A stretch of 64,000 bases of DNA, taken from the IMG/VR virus record IMGVR_UViG_3300027985_000843, positions 307,740 to 371,739 of that record. The stretch is one strand, 5' to 3'. The notes beneath the pieces are model-generated. The model made no database searches. It was not told where the DNA came from and was given only the letters and a program-made list of their open reading frames with translations. The position numbers and the translations under genes are program-made. Every line of letters starts with the position of its first letter. The first letter of the stretch is position 1. This document shows positions 1-9,070 of this stretch, piece after piece.

Positions 1-462
1 CTTCATTGCGTTGGTCAGGACCTCTCGGAACTCGCTGTCCTTGCGAATCTTGTCGATCAAGAGCAGACGAGTGGCCTCGTTCTCGACGATCTGGTTCACA
101 AGCGCAGTCACGCGATCCTTGTCGGACTCCTTGATTGCTGTCCGGGCCTCACTCTTCGACCACTCCTCGACATCCCCTCGAAACTGTCCGTTGTTTCGAA
201 CATCGTCTACGAACTTGGCCTGAACCTCTCGGTCGTTGACGACTTCCCGAGCCCATTTCTTGACGAGGTCCTCCGATTTGAAGGCCGCGCCTCCGATGAC
301 GATGCACAGGAGAACGAACACGTAAGCAGAGCTTCGCTGAAAGCTCTGCTGCAACCGGTCGAGCCACGATCTGGGAGGCTCGGCAGGGGGCCTGTCAGAT
401 GGCCTTGGGGGCGGTATTACCGGCACCTTGGGGGCGGCGGGTATCTCGATTGAGTCGGTCAT
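1..462 (-). CDS. Membrane-anchored hypothetical protein, runs off the window (partial)
   Basis: Manual translation from ATG at 462: MTDSIEIPAAPKVP...SAYVFVLLCIVIGGAAFKSEDLVKKW...; open to position 1; one hydrophobic segment; absent from ORF track because no stop is in the window. Confidence 0.7.
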   Translation of the reverse strand, partial: MTDSIEIPAAPKVPVIPPPRPSDRPPAEPPRSWLDRLQQSFQRSSAYVFVLLCIVIGGAAFKSEDLVKKWAREVVNDREVQAKFVDDVRNNGQFRGDVEEWSKSEARTAIKESDKDRVTALVNQIVENEATRLLLIDKIRKDSEFREVLTNAMK

Positions 463-509
463 ACAGATCGGGCCGCACAAGAAGATCCACTTGTGAAACG
501 GCCTTATCG

Positions 510-779
510 ATGAGCGATAGAACCCTAGCGAATCGCGTTGTGGATCGCTTCCTCGGTAAAGGAAAGGTTGTGATCCCTACGCCGGGCCTGAGCATGCGGG
601 GTGTGGGGAAGCGCGTGCGTAACGGACAACCCGAATACTACTGTCTTCTCGACAATGGAGGAGCCCTTGTAAGCCCTTCCCGAGAGGGCTTTCGATTCAC
701 CCTCCAGTGCAATTCCGTACCTTCTGCCCGCGCCCTTGAGCTAATCAACAAGCTGGATCTGTTCCACCTGTCGAGCTAG
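510..779 (+). CDS. Hypothetical protein with N-terminal ANRVVDRFL motif
   Basis: In-frame ATG at 510 of track ORF 399..779; motif shared with other proteins in the window. Confidence 0.55.
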   Translation: MSDRTLANRVVDRFLGKGKVVIPTPGLSMRGVGKRVRNGQPEYYCLLDNGGALVSPSREGFRFTLQCNSVPSARALELINKLDLFHLSS

Positions 780-1050
780 TCTTCTCGTGCATGGTTACCG
801 CGAGCCGATGCTTGCAACGACTTGCGCGGTCTTTGCAGGTACAAGTGGACTTGCGGGCTTGCCGGAAAACACGGATGGTGTACCAGTTGTCGGGGTTCGT
901 CTCGGATCGCACCTTGTAGACATCCGGGTCCGACGTGGGGTCCACGCGTAGGAAGATCGCCCTCTCCAGGCGAGTTTTCAGCTTCGGGTGCATCTTCGAC
1001 CATTTTCGCATCCATTCGAGCTTGGCCTGGAAGCGATCGTATGAGACCAT
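745..1050 (-). CDS. SWIM-type zinc finger protein
   Basis: CTCKDRASRCKH (CxC...CxH); ATG at 1050 lies 5 nt after a class I promoter motif. Confidence 0.75.
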   Translation of the reverse strand: MVSYDRFQAKLEWMRKWSKMHPKLKTRLERAIFLRVDPTSDPDVYKVRSETNPDNWYTIRVFRQARKSTCTCKDRASRCKHRLAVTMHEKTSSTGGTDPAC

Positions 1051-1200
1051 GCATGTACTACGACCGCTGTCGCCGATGGTTCGGTTCTCTGCTAATCTTT
1101 GGGCTACCCGTAGAGGGAGGCCAATCCCTCCCCGCACCCGAGCGCGGGGTCATTGCAGGGAGAGCGTTTGGTCAGCCTCTCCCGAAAGGCTCGGGAGACC

Positions 1201-1231
1201 AAGGGCCGCCTTCGGGCGGTCCTTCTTTTTT
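1201..1231 (+). terminator. Intrinsic terminator-like hairpin
   Basis: aagggccgcc-TTCG-ggcggtcctt followed by a T-run, directly before a class I promoter. Confidence 0.65.
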
Positions 1232-1268
1232 CCGAACTCTTCCCGAGCCCCGACGTAGTAGGGGCATG
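1232..1268 (+). promoter_or_regulatory. Class I promoter motif CCGAAC-N16/17-CGTA(G/A)TA-N5-start (representative of about 32 copies)
   Basis: Plus copies (CCGAAC start): 1232, 1874, 2118, 6025, 6238, 12738, 15323, 16450, 18118, 19551, 20567, 21067, 21328, 21739, 25379, 36090, 47313, 55118, 57056. Minus copies (TA(C/T)TACG start): 1056, 34626, 56069, 56341, 60340, 60624, 61135, 61456, 61810, 62435, 63215, 63461, 63563. Confidence 0.85.
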
Positions 1269-1505
1269 AGCATCCAGTGGAACAAGCCGGTCGGGGACGA
1301 ATGGGGTGAGGGTCTGGTTCGCACGAGCAAATGCGGCCGATACCGCATCATCAAGCGGCAAGTGTGTGCCTACTTCAATGGCTGCTACCGCCCCTCCTAC
1401 GAGCTGGAAGTGACGCGGAATGGTGAGACGGAGAAGCATGACGAGCTGGACACTCTCCGGGACGCGAAGGAATGGGCCAAACAGGACGCCGAAGACAACG
1501 GCTGA
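1266..1505 (+). CDS. Hypothetical protein (79 aa)
   Basis: ATG 5 nt after class I motif; MSIQWNKPVGDEW... Confidence 0.75.
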   Translation: MSIQWNKPVGDEWGEGLVRTSKCGRYRIIKRQVCAYFNGCYRPSYELEVTRNGETEKHDELDTLRDAKEWAKQDAEDNG

Positions 1506-1517
1506 AGGGACACGACC

Positions 1518-1868
1518 ATGAACGCCACCTACTCCAACCAAGAAAACCTGACCGACTGGGACCTCATCGTTGCGTGCCTTTCCCCCACGAAGGGCACCAT
1601 CACGATCCACACTGCTGCCGACAGGCAAGCTCGCCTCCTGTGCGATGGGATGGGCAAGCTCTCTGTGGCGGACCTCCCGGCCGACCTCTACCCTCTGTAT
1701 GACTGGTCGCACGTCCGCGACTCGTCCGAAGCAGCCGTGACCGAGTGTGCCAAGTTCCTTCGACAGTACCTCCGCCTGTCCGACTTGGCCCTCAAGGCCA
1801 ATGACGCCCTGAGCCGGGGCGACACGGCCACCTACAATGAAGCCTTGGAAGCTTTGAAGGCATCCTGA
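1518..1868 (+). CDS. Hypothetical protein
   Basis: Track ORF, coding-like composition, aaggga upstream. Confidence 0.7.
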   Translation: MNATYSNQENLTDWDLIVACLSPTKGTITIHTAADRQARLLCDGMGKLSVADLPADLYPLYDWSHVRDSSEAAVTECAKFLRQYLRLSDLALKANDALSRGDTATYNEALEALKAS

Positions 1869-1907
1869 TTTCTCCGAACCTTCGTCGACCTGTGTCGTAG
1901 TAAGACC

Positions 1908-2108
1908 ATGAAGAAGCCTCAGACCTCAGAGCAGCCCCGACCCATCACCGCTTTCAACCGTGACAATGAACTCGTTTACATCAAGGAGTCCATGGATAGC
2001 CTGAATCAAAAGAGCCCCGACAGCTTCGTCAAGTGCAGCTACAAGCTTCGCGGGGGGTGCACGTTCACCACCCAAAAACGGCTTCTCCGAGACATCTGCG
2101 AAGGCTGA
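1908..2108 (+). CDS. Hypothetical protein (66 aa)
   Basis: ATG 5 nt after class I motif. Confidence 0.7.
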   Translation: MKKPQTSEQPRPITAFNRDNELVYIKESMDSLNQKSPDSFVKCSYKLRGGCTFTTQKRLLRDICEG

Positions 2109-2151
2109 CACTTTTCTCCGAACCTTCGTCGACTTACATCGTAGTAAGACC

Positions 2152-2301
2152 ATGAACACTCCCCGTAACATCATCATGGCTGCTGTGGCGGCCAACGACC
2201 CTACCCGCTTTCACTCTCGCACCGTCCAGCCCACCAAGGGCAAGGGACGCAAGTCCCGCCCCCGCAGCTCCAACAGAAGCCGCCGTGAGTGGGGTGTCTG
2301 A
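2152..2301 (+). CDS. ArfA-like (alternative ribosome rescue factor A-like) small basic protein, 49 aa
   Basis: MNTPRNIIMAAVAANDPTRFHSRTVQPTKGKGRKSRPR resembles the ArfA pattern N-x-I-x-A...DP-x-F-x-x-R...KGKG; class I promoter; below ORF-track cutoff. Confidence 0.55.
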   Translation: MNTPRNIIMAAVAANDPTRFHSRTVQPTKGKGRKSRPRSSNRSRREWGV

Positions 2302-2841
2302 TTTTGGTAGCGGTCGGTCTCTCAGTGGTGTATCTAGTCTGCATAACACCACTGGTGAACGCCGACTGCCGTCTAGCCCCCCCCCCAACAGCAGTCGGCG
2401 TTTCTTTTCCATGGTGTAGGTCATGTGGCACATTGAAGTGTGGTCGAAGACACTCCACAAGTGGGTGGAGGTAGGGACCGACGAAGACTCGACTTTCGTC
2501 GAGGAAGGGATCCAGTCCCTCGCGGTCGTGCATCATACGGCTCGGGCGTGGCGAGAGTCCGGAGAGGGCTGGACGGGCATGCAAGCCAGCCTGTACCGAG
2601 GATTCTGTCGATGGACGGGATCCGGCGGCCTTGTTCGGTGTATCTAGTTGTTCATGTCCCGTGAACAGGCTCGATCCTTGATCAAGGCCCTTGGCCTACC
2701 TGTGGCAGACGCTTCCGTCGAAGATCTTGAGGAAGCCCTGTCAGATGAACCCACGTCGAGGTTCGCGCTCTTTGACCCCGATCGTCTCATATCCGAGGAA
2801 ATGAGCCCCGGGGGAATCATCCTACCTGGGAAGGAGTTGTC

Positions 2842-3513
2842 ATGCTCATTCAAATCTCCACGCCTCGCCCCTTGTTCGACCACTCCAGACACCCTGAATA
2901 CGTCCACATCCATACAATCGCCAAGACAGGGGTGTCAGAAGGTCAGGTGCTATTCACCGGCCCAACCGACCCAGAACACGGGACGGTAGGGACACGGAAC
3001 CTCGAACCTTACATGAGGGTTCCCATCGACGGTGAAGAGGGCTTCGAAGCTCTCATCTACGTGCTGCCCTTCTGGGAGTTGTTCAAGGAGGGGAAGAATC
3101 GATCCATGCACGACGGGGAGATTGTAAGGTCCGCTCCCATTGCCCTCGTCCGATACTGCACGGCAGGCTTCAAGGTGACGGCCCATTCGGCCTTCCGAAC
3201 CGGCCCTCAGGAGTATCAAGGACGAGCTGTTGGGTTCACCATCATGACGGCCGCCACCGGCGGAGGCGTTCTGCGCCTTGCCGATTGGCCGGTTGATGTT
3301 GCCAACCCGACCTTCGACCCGTGGGCCCTGCATCCCGCCGCCCTCACGACGGGGCAGCAGCAGGACCTGTCGGTCGTGTACAACCGAACCCACCGGCTCT
3401 CGCGTGGTGGAGCTGCCGATCTCCGAGCCCAACGCATCGCCTCCGTCGAGGCCAGCATGGCAAAGGAAGGTCGGGCTCTACCGAGTAACCGGGCACTTCC
3501 AGAGAAAACATGA
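2842..3513 (+). CDS. Hypothetical protein
   Basis: AAGGAG 5 nt before ATG; 223 aa; overlaps start of next gene. Confidence 0.7.
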   Translation: MLIQISTPRPLFDHSRHPEYVHIHTIAKTGVSEGQVLFTGPTDPEHGTVGTRNLEPYMRVPIDGEEGFEALIYVLPFWELFKEGKNRSMHDGEIVRSAPIALVRYCTAGFKVTAHSAFRTGPQEYQGRAVGFTIMTAATGGGVLRLADWPVDVANPTFDPWALHPAALTTGQQQDLSVVYNRTHRLSRGGAADLRAQRIASVEASMAKEGRALPSNRALPEKT

Positions 3514-4109
3514 AATCATACCCATCCATTACATCCACCGTTACTTACGATACGAAGGTTCACGTCTTCAACAAGATCGACGGTTCCCAGATTCGGGCAG
3601 AGTGGTCCCGTAAGCGCGGCTTCTACAAGCTGGGGTCCAGGAGGCAGCTCATTGACGAGGACACCGTTCTAGGGGCCGCCAAGGGGCTGCTAGAGGTATC
3701 CTTCGTCGAACCCCTCGGCCGGATCTTCACCGACAAGAAGTTGGAGCGAGCTGTGTGCTTCTTCGAGATCTCGGGGGACCAGTCCTTCGCGGGCCGACAT
3801 GTCCCCGGGGATCCCCTCAGGCTCACTCTGTTCGACGTGGCGCCCTACAAGAAGGGCATCATGCTCCCCGAGGATTTCCTGGACGTCTTCGGGCACTTGA
3901 ATGTCCCGGCCTGCATCTTCAAAGGAATGCTCACCGAGGATTTCGTCGAAGACATCCGATCCAGCACCACCCTCGACGAGGGTGTTGTGTGCAAGGGGTC
4001 GCATCGCAATAACCAGGTTCTCATGTTCAAGATCAAGACCCGGGCGTGGATTCGCAAGTTGCGGGCCTTGTGTGGTGAAGATGAAGCCCGGTTCAAGGAG
4101 CTGTTGTGA
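3510..4109 (+). CDS. ATP-dependent RNA ligase-like nucleotidyltransferase
   Basis: Motif I KIDG, III FFE, IIIa LFDV, IV EGVVCK, V FKIKT; 199 aa with no OB fold. Confidence 0.75.
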   Translation: MKSYPSITSTVTYDTKVHVFNKIDGSQIRAEWSRKRGFYKLGSRRQLIDEDTVLGAAKGLLEVSFVEPLGRIFTDKKLERAVCFFEISGDQSFAGRHVPGDPLRLTLFDVAPYKKGIMLPEDFLDVFGHLNVPACIFKGMLTEDFVEDIRSSTTLDEGVVCKGSHRNNQVLMFKIKTRAWIRKLRALCGEDEARFKELL

Positions 4110-4297
4110 CATGGCCGAAGGAAGCCGCTGACCTCATTGCCCTTCTTGTTGGGCAGCTTGCTGACGTGCCCGTTCAGAACAATCACGCGGGCGCCGCCCC
4201 CGTCGTCGACATCGTCGAGGATGGTCGTGTAGGTCGTGTAGTCAGCCGTATGGGCTTCCTAGTCAACCCTGGCTAATCCTCTTGTCACTTCCCATCG

Positions 4298-5308
4298 GTG
4301 ATGTTCACCGATAAAGAAGCTGCCACTCTTCGGGCGCGTCTGCTCGTAGCAATGTCCACGGGAGAAGCCAAGGACATCTTGGACTTTCCGCCCCACGCCA
4401 ACCCGTCTCCAGAAGAAGTTCGGAAGAGGCTACGGACCAAGGTCAAGGAACTGCGGGTTCACCCTGACCAAGGTGGCGGAGCCCACTCCCCAAAGATGGT
4501 CGAGTTGTCTGTGGCCGCTGACATCCTCCAGGGACGTCGGATCAACGACCTCACCGAGGTGCAGCCCGAAGACGAAGAGCTTCGGAAGCGTCGTGAAGCT
4601 GCTCAGCGAATCAAGACGCTTCAGGACAAGGCCACCAACGGTATGAAGCTCATCCAGAATGCCTACGTCCTGCAACTCCGGTTTCCCGGCAGAATCAGCC
4701 TTCGGGACTACCTGGTCGATGACTTCGTGGACGGCCTAGGCGATCTGCAAGATGCCGCTGACGAGGCCCTTGAGGGGGAACTGGAGCCTCGGGACGAGCG
4801 CGTGTGGAAAGAGGTCAGCAAGCTTTCGCACGACCTCGTGGGCCGAACCAGCCGCCTCGCGTCCAAGTACAAGGCCCTCTTGAAGGATGTCGAGTCCTTC
4901 CAGAAGAGCCCAAAGCTGGCGGACCTCAAAGCCCTCATGAAGCAAGCCGAAAAATACCGCGAGATGTTCCTCGATTTCCGAATGGCTGCGAGTCGAGTGT
5001 CCGGCCTGCTCGGAACCACCGAGACAGTGCCGATGGATGCCTACGACGCGTACTTCGACAAGTTCAACATCATCGACGCCTTCTCTACGCAGTTCAAGCA
5101 GATCAACTTCGATGTGCGCCGGTCTGGTGACATGGTGCTCGAAGCCATCGAGGCCGCCAAGGCTGAGGCCGACGAGTTCAAGGTCCAAACCCCGAAGCCC
5201 GAACAGTGGGTCGTCCCGGACGACTTCGACAAGCTCGTCTCTACCCTCACCGGCTACAAGGCCGCGTCCTCCAGAATGGTCGCGGCGCACTTCCTCCGAA
5301 ACATCTGA
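4298..5308 (+). CDS. J-domain (DnaJ-like) protein with helical C-terminus
   Basis: EAKDILDF...EEVRKR...VHPDQGG...ELSVAADIL; HPD motif. Confidence 0.7.
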   Translation: MMFTDKEAATLRARLLVAMSTGEAKDILDFPPHANPSPEEVRKRLRTKVKELRVHPDQGGGAHSPKMVELSVAADILQGRRINDLTEVQPEDEELRKRREAAQRIKTLQDKATNGMKLIQNAYVLQLRFPGRISLRDYLVDDFVDGLGDLQDAADEALEGELEPRDERVWKEVSKLSHDLVGRTSRLASKYKALLKDVESFQKSPKLADLKALMKQAEKYREMFLDFRMAASRVSGLLGTTETVPMDAYDAYFDKFNIIDAFSTQFKQINFDVRRSGDMVLEAIEAAKAEADEFKVQTPKPEQWVVPDDFDKLVSTLTGYKAASSRMVAAHFLRNI

Positions 5309-5317
5309 GAGGCCACC

Positions 5318-6022
5318 ATGCAGCTACGTGACGGAACCACAGTTCAGGATGGGCGTCTTGCACGTCTCCAGCAGTTCGACGAGCGCAGCCGGAAGTTCCC
5401 CATCCGCAAAACGGTGGGAGCCAAGCCCCTTCGCAGCTTCACCTGGAAGTGCGACAAGTGGCTCGACCAGGGGACAGATGGCGCGTGCGTCGGCTTCTCT
5501 TGGACCCATGAGCTGATCGCCCGCCCTGCCGTGGTGTCGGGCGTGGCCGCCGCATTCGCCAAAGAGAAGGTCTACTGGGAAGCCCAGAAGATCGACCCGT
5601 GGCCGGGTGGGTCCTATCCTGGGGCGAGTCCCGTCTACGAAGGGACCAGCGTCCTCGCAGGTGCCAAAGTCATCCAGAAGATGGGCTATATCGAGGAGTA
5701 CCGGTGGGCTTTCAGCGTGCAAGAGCTGGCCCTGGCCGTCGGCTACTGCGGGCCGGCCGTACTCGGCATCCCTTGGTACGAGGGGATGTTCAATTTTCTC
5801 AGTTGTGGGCACATCCACATCAGCGGCCAAGTCGCGGGCGGGCACGCCATCCTCTGCAATGGCGTGAACGTGAAAGACAGAACGTTCAAGCTTCACAACT
5901 CGTGGGGCAAGGGCTGGGGCAACAGCGGGGAAGCCCTCGTCTCGTGGGATGAGATGGACAGGCTTCTGCATGAGGGTGGGGAAGCCTGTATCCCCGTCGG
6001 CCGCACCCGAATCCTCAAGTAG
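5318..6022 (+). CDS. Papain-like cysteine peptidase (C1 family)
   Basis: DQG..GACVGFS (Gln/Cys), GGHAI (His), HNSWGKGWG (Asn). Confidence 0.88.
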   Translation: MQLRDGTTVQDGRLARLQQFDERSRKFPIRKTVGAKPLRSFTWKCDKWLDQGTDGACVGFSWTHELIARPAVVSGVAAAFAKEKVYWEAQKIDPWPGGSYPGASPVYEGTSVLAGAKVIQKMGYIEEYRWAFSVQELALAVGYCGPAVLGIPWYEGMFNFLSCGHIHISGQVAGGHAILCNGVNVKDRTFKLHNSWGKGWGNSGEALVSWDEMDRLLHEGGEACIPVGRTRILK

Positions 6023-6058
6023 CTCCGAACTTCTCCCGCCCAGGGGCGTAGTAGGGGC

Positions 6059-6235
6059 ATGTATACTCACAAAGAAGCCCTAGCCGAGAAGAAACGTCGG
6101 AAGTTACCTCACAAGGTCCTGAAGAAGGTCAAGCACGACCCTCTCTGTCTTGTCTCCGACGGTCTACTCACCCCGGCACACGAGTGCACTTGCGGTAGCA
6201 AGGAGCACACCTACTACCTCCAGCTCGGCAAATAA
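6059..6235 (+). CDS. Small basic hypothetical protein (58 aa)
   Basis: ATG 5 nt after class I motif; MYTHKEALAEKKRRK...HECTCG. Confidence 0.65.
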   Translation: MYTHKEALAEKKRRKLPHKVLKKVKHDPLCLVSDGLLTPAHECTCGSKEHTYYLQLGK

Positions 6236-6271
6236 TCCCGAACTCTTCCCGTCGGCCGGCGTAGTAGGGGC

Positions 6272-6571
6272 ATGGAGCCTGAACTACAGTCCGTCGAAGC
6301 CTTCGTTGAATATCTCCTGGAAGATGAGCGGGACAGCTTCACCTTCGAGGAAGCCACAGAGCTGGCCGAAGCCCTCGGGTTGTCGGTTCCGACTCCTGTC
6401 ATCCGTGAGCTGAAGAGCTACGGGCTGACCATGGTCCCCCGCACGCCCGAAAAACGCGTGCGGGGGTTCCACTCCAACAACCATGACCGGTGGTACGGGC
6501 CCGGGGCCTGCCGCACGCATGGTGGCTCGGGATGGGAACAGATCACCGGTATCGCAGGGCAGGAGGGGTGA
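6272..6571 (+). CDS. Hypothetical protein
   Basis: Class I promoter, track ORF. Confidence 0.75.
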   Translation: MEPELQSVEAFVEYLLEDERDSFTFEEATELAEALGLSVPTPVIRELKSYGLTMVPRTPEKRVRGFHSNNHDRWYGPGACRTHGGSGWEQITGIAGQEG

Positions 6572-6769
6572 TGGCTCGCAAACCGACTCAGAGGCAGCTT
6601 CTTGACATCCTCGCAAGCCGACGGGCCGGATGTGTCAAGATTCTCAAGAGCCGCTCCACGGGGCAGTACGTTGGCCTGTACCGGTCAGCCGAGTCGGGTA
6701 TCGAAGTCGACCCCGACTACCCCTGGACGACGGTCTGTGAGGACCATGGTGGGGTGGTGAAGGCATTGC

Positions 6770-7018
6770 TCATGTCTTGTGCAGCTCCGCTTCTTTCCAG
6801 TCAGTGGGCTCGGGCTTGCTCTGCGAGTAGTGCTGGTCGTAAGCAGATTCGACCATCTCCAAAGTGATGTCGGGGTTGTCCAGCTTGCAGTTGCCGTAGA
6901 CCCAGCTCACCCTTTGCCGGCGAAGAAGCTCCGCTCGCTTCTCAGGAGACAGTTTCGACTCTGTCACCTTCATCTTGTTCGCCAGCTCGACCATCTCATC
7001 CCAATTCATTTTCGGCAT
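6770..7018 (-). CDS. Hypothetical protein
   Basis: ATG 6 nt after minus-strand class II motif. Confidence 0.7.
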   Translation of the reverse strand: MPKMNWDEMVELANKMKVTESKLSPEKRAELLRRQRVSWVYGNCKLDNPDITLEMVESAYDQHYSQSKPEPTDWKEAELHKT

Positions 7019-7028
7019 GCCCTCATCA

Positions 7029-7040
7029 TACACCGGTGTA
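7029..7040. promoter_or_regulatory. Class II promoter motif (C)GGTG-TANNNT-N6/9-start, here as bidirectional palindrome TACACCGGTGTA (about 35 copies in the window)
   Basis: Plus copies near 7035, 9927, 10511, 14759, 17605, 18439, 22238, 24510, 25618, 26824, 29348, 30768, 33274, 34662, 35769, 38417, 39383, 40785, 45200, 47628, 47948, 48672, 50486, 52021, 63968. Minus copies near 7029, 9916, 14753, 18433, 24037, 39156, 50443, 54595, 58690, 58975. Confidence 0.8.
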
Positions 7041-7050
7041 GGGTAGATGC

Positions 7051-7377
7051 ATGGCAAAGCTGAGCAAAAGCGTTCTGGAAGAGGGCCGTGCGCACGTTCG
7101 AAGCCGGGACCTGAAAAGCCTCCGGTTGTGGCAGGACACCAATATTCCCGCATGGAGACGTTCCTCCGTAGAGCAGCACTTCGAGAGGGCCTACGAGAAG
7201 GACAGCTCGGGAACACTGGCTCTGAAGCTTTTTGACAGGGTCTACACTGACATCGACCCTGTCGAAGAGAACGCCAAGGCTGTGCTCTCACTGGTCACCC
7301 TCGCCGTTAAACTAGTCGTCGTGCTCGTGCTTCTCGTTGGAGCGATCGGCGGGATCGTGTATCTTTTCCAGCTATGA
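7051..7377 (+). CDS. Hypothetical protein with C-terminal transmembrane helix
   Basis: Class II promoter; LVVVLVLLVGAIGGIVYLF. Confidence 0.75.
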   Translation: MAKLSKSVLEEGRAHVRSRDLKSLRLWQDTNIPAWRRSSVEQHFERAYEKDSSGTLALKLFDRVYTDIDPVEENAKAVLSLVTLAVKLVVVLVLLVGAIGGIVYLFQL

Positions 7378-7790
7378 GAGTCACACTGTACTGGCCCGAA
7401 TGCACCCTGTACCACAAGGGTAGCCCAGCAGAAGTCTTCTGGGACGCTCCCGCCCGCACCGTCTTCTGGGTGGAGGCCACCATCCAAGAGGTAGAGACGT
7501 CCATCCGACCTCACATGACATCCGGTCTTGAGGAGTACGAGAGGATACGGGATCTCCCCCTGGAAGTCAGGGAAGATCACATGTTCGATGATCGTCTGTG
7601 CTTCCTCGTGAGTCAGAACCTCGACTTCGTAGGCTGGTGCTTCCGGATCTACCCCTACTCCGCCATGTGGGGCCGGGACGGGAGCCCGTTCAAAGCTATC
7701 GGCCCGTGGCCGAAGGACGGAGGGTTCCCGCCGGCAGGTGTTCAGATTTCCTCCCTCGAAGCCTTGCGGAACTTCATCCCGCCTGCGTGA
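7374..7790 (+). CDS. Hypothetical protein
   Basis: ATGA overlap with upstream gene. Confidence 0.7.
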   Translation: MRVTLYWPECTLYHKGSPAEVFWDAPARTVFWVEATIQEVETSIRPHMTSGLEEYERIRDLPLEVREDHMFDDRLCFLVSQNLDFVGWCFRIYPYSAMWGRDGSPFKAIGPWPKDGGFPPAGVQISSLEALRNFIPPA

Positions 7791-7813
7791 TCTTCTTGTA
7801 TTCTCGTTGAGAC

Positions 7814-9070
7814 ATGAGTCTCTTCAAGACTGCGGCAGACCTCATCGCAGAAGGCAAGTCATCGGAAGCGTTCGATCTCATCCTCAAGGGCGAGGTCGTC
7901 GAAGACTCCCGGGACTTTATCGCCAACCAGCTGGGACGCGATGTCCCCTGGTGGGACCGAGCAGACATCCAGCCAGCTGGATCTCGGATGAGCACGGAGC
8001 CGGACTCCTGGATCGGTCACTCCCTACTCAAGAAGGCCATCGAGGGCGGCCCGCCTGTCCACAACAGTGAGTGGGCTGGTCAGCTCGTGGTGCCGGGCAA
8101 GCACCTGGTACAGGCGTGCGAGAAGGTGCTCGGCCTCCGACCCGTGTGGGTCCGGGGCAGCTCCATCCTGTTCGCCTCCGAAGAGACCATGCTCAAGATC
8201 TGGTTCACTGGTCGGGATAAGAATGCCTCGGCCGAGATGGTGACCTCGTCGGCGAAGTTGATGAAACACGCCTCCCAGCTCTTCGACAGATGCCTCACTC
8301 ATGAGAGTGCCAAGAAGGGACACGTCTTCACCCTCGTGGCAACCATGCACGGTTACCGTGTCGCTCAACTCGGCACGGCAGGCAATCCTATCGAGCGTGG
8401 GAACTACAGCCCGGAGACCCTCAAGGCGTACGATCACATTGCCCAGGAACTCAACGCGGAGGACCCTGACGGCCGCTTGAGCATCCTCGCGGGTGAGCCC
8501 GGGACCGGAAAGACCTACCTCATCCGAAGCCTTCTCGGAGAGTGTCCCAAGGCCGCCTTCATCGTGGTACCGCCCCAGATGGTCGAGAACCTCGGTTCCC
8601 CCGAGATGCTCCCAGCCCTGGTCAACGCCCGCGACATGATGGACGGCCCCATGGTTCTCATCCTGGAGGACGGCGACTCTTGTCTCGTGGCTCGAAAGAA
8701 GCTTGGGGAGACAGCAGCAGACAAGACAAGCAACATGAACGCCATCAGCTCCCTACTCAACCTCGGGGACGGCATCCTTGGTTCGGTGCTCGACCTGCGC
8801 ATCGTGGCGACCACGAATGCGGAGGAGATCGACCTGGACCCGGCCATCCAACGTCCAGGCCGCTTGAGCATCTACGCCAAGGTCGATGCCCTGCCGCCCA
8901 ACGTCGCGGCCGCCGCCTTGTCCCGCCTCACGGGCCAGAAGGTTGCCTTCGACAAGTCTGCAACCATTGCAGAAGTCTACAAGCGGGCTCGGGAGATGGG
9001 TTGGAAACCGGACACCAAGAAGAAGAAGGCTGAGAAGCAGAAGCAGCTCCGCCTCGACATTCTCACTTGA
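7814..9070 (+). CDS. AAA+ ATPase (single domain)
   Basis: Walker A GEPGTGKT, Walker B LILEDGD, sensor TTN, second region of homology DPAIQRPGR. Confidence 0.9.
   Translation: MSLFKTAADLIAEGKSSEAFDLILKGEVVEDSRDFIANQLGRDVPWWDRADIQPAGSRMSTEPDSWIGHSLLKKAIEGGPPVHNSEWAGQLVVPGKHLVQACEKVLGLRPVWVRGSSILFASEETMLKIWFTGRDKNASAEMVTSSAKLMKHASQLFDRCLTHESAKKGHVFTLVATMHGYRVAQLGTAGNPIERGNYSPETLKAYDHIAQELNAEDPDGRLSILAGEPGTGKTYLIRSLLGECPKAAFIVVPPQMVENLGSPEMLPALVNARDMMDGPMVLILEDGDSCLVARKKLGETAADKTSNMNAISSLLNLGDGILGSVLDLRIVATTNAEEIDLDPAIQRPGRLSIYAKVDALPPNVAAAALSRLTGQKVAFDKSATIAEVYKRAREMGWKPDTKKKKAEKQKQLRLDILT

Noticed and set aside
2654-2989. GroES-like protein (SPGGIILPG)
   Set aside because: Only a short motif matches and the remainder lacks the GroES pattern. 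The ORF tail overlaps the next gene, which has its own SD.
4110-4260. Minus-strand gene (ADYTTYTTILDDVDDGGGARV...)
   Set aside because: Protein-like but with no ATG/GTG start after the upstream in-frame stop, and it runs into the RNA ligase gene. Possibly a relic; not supportable.
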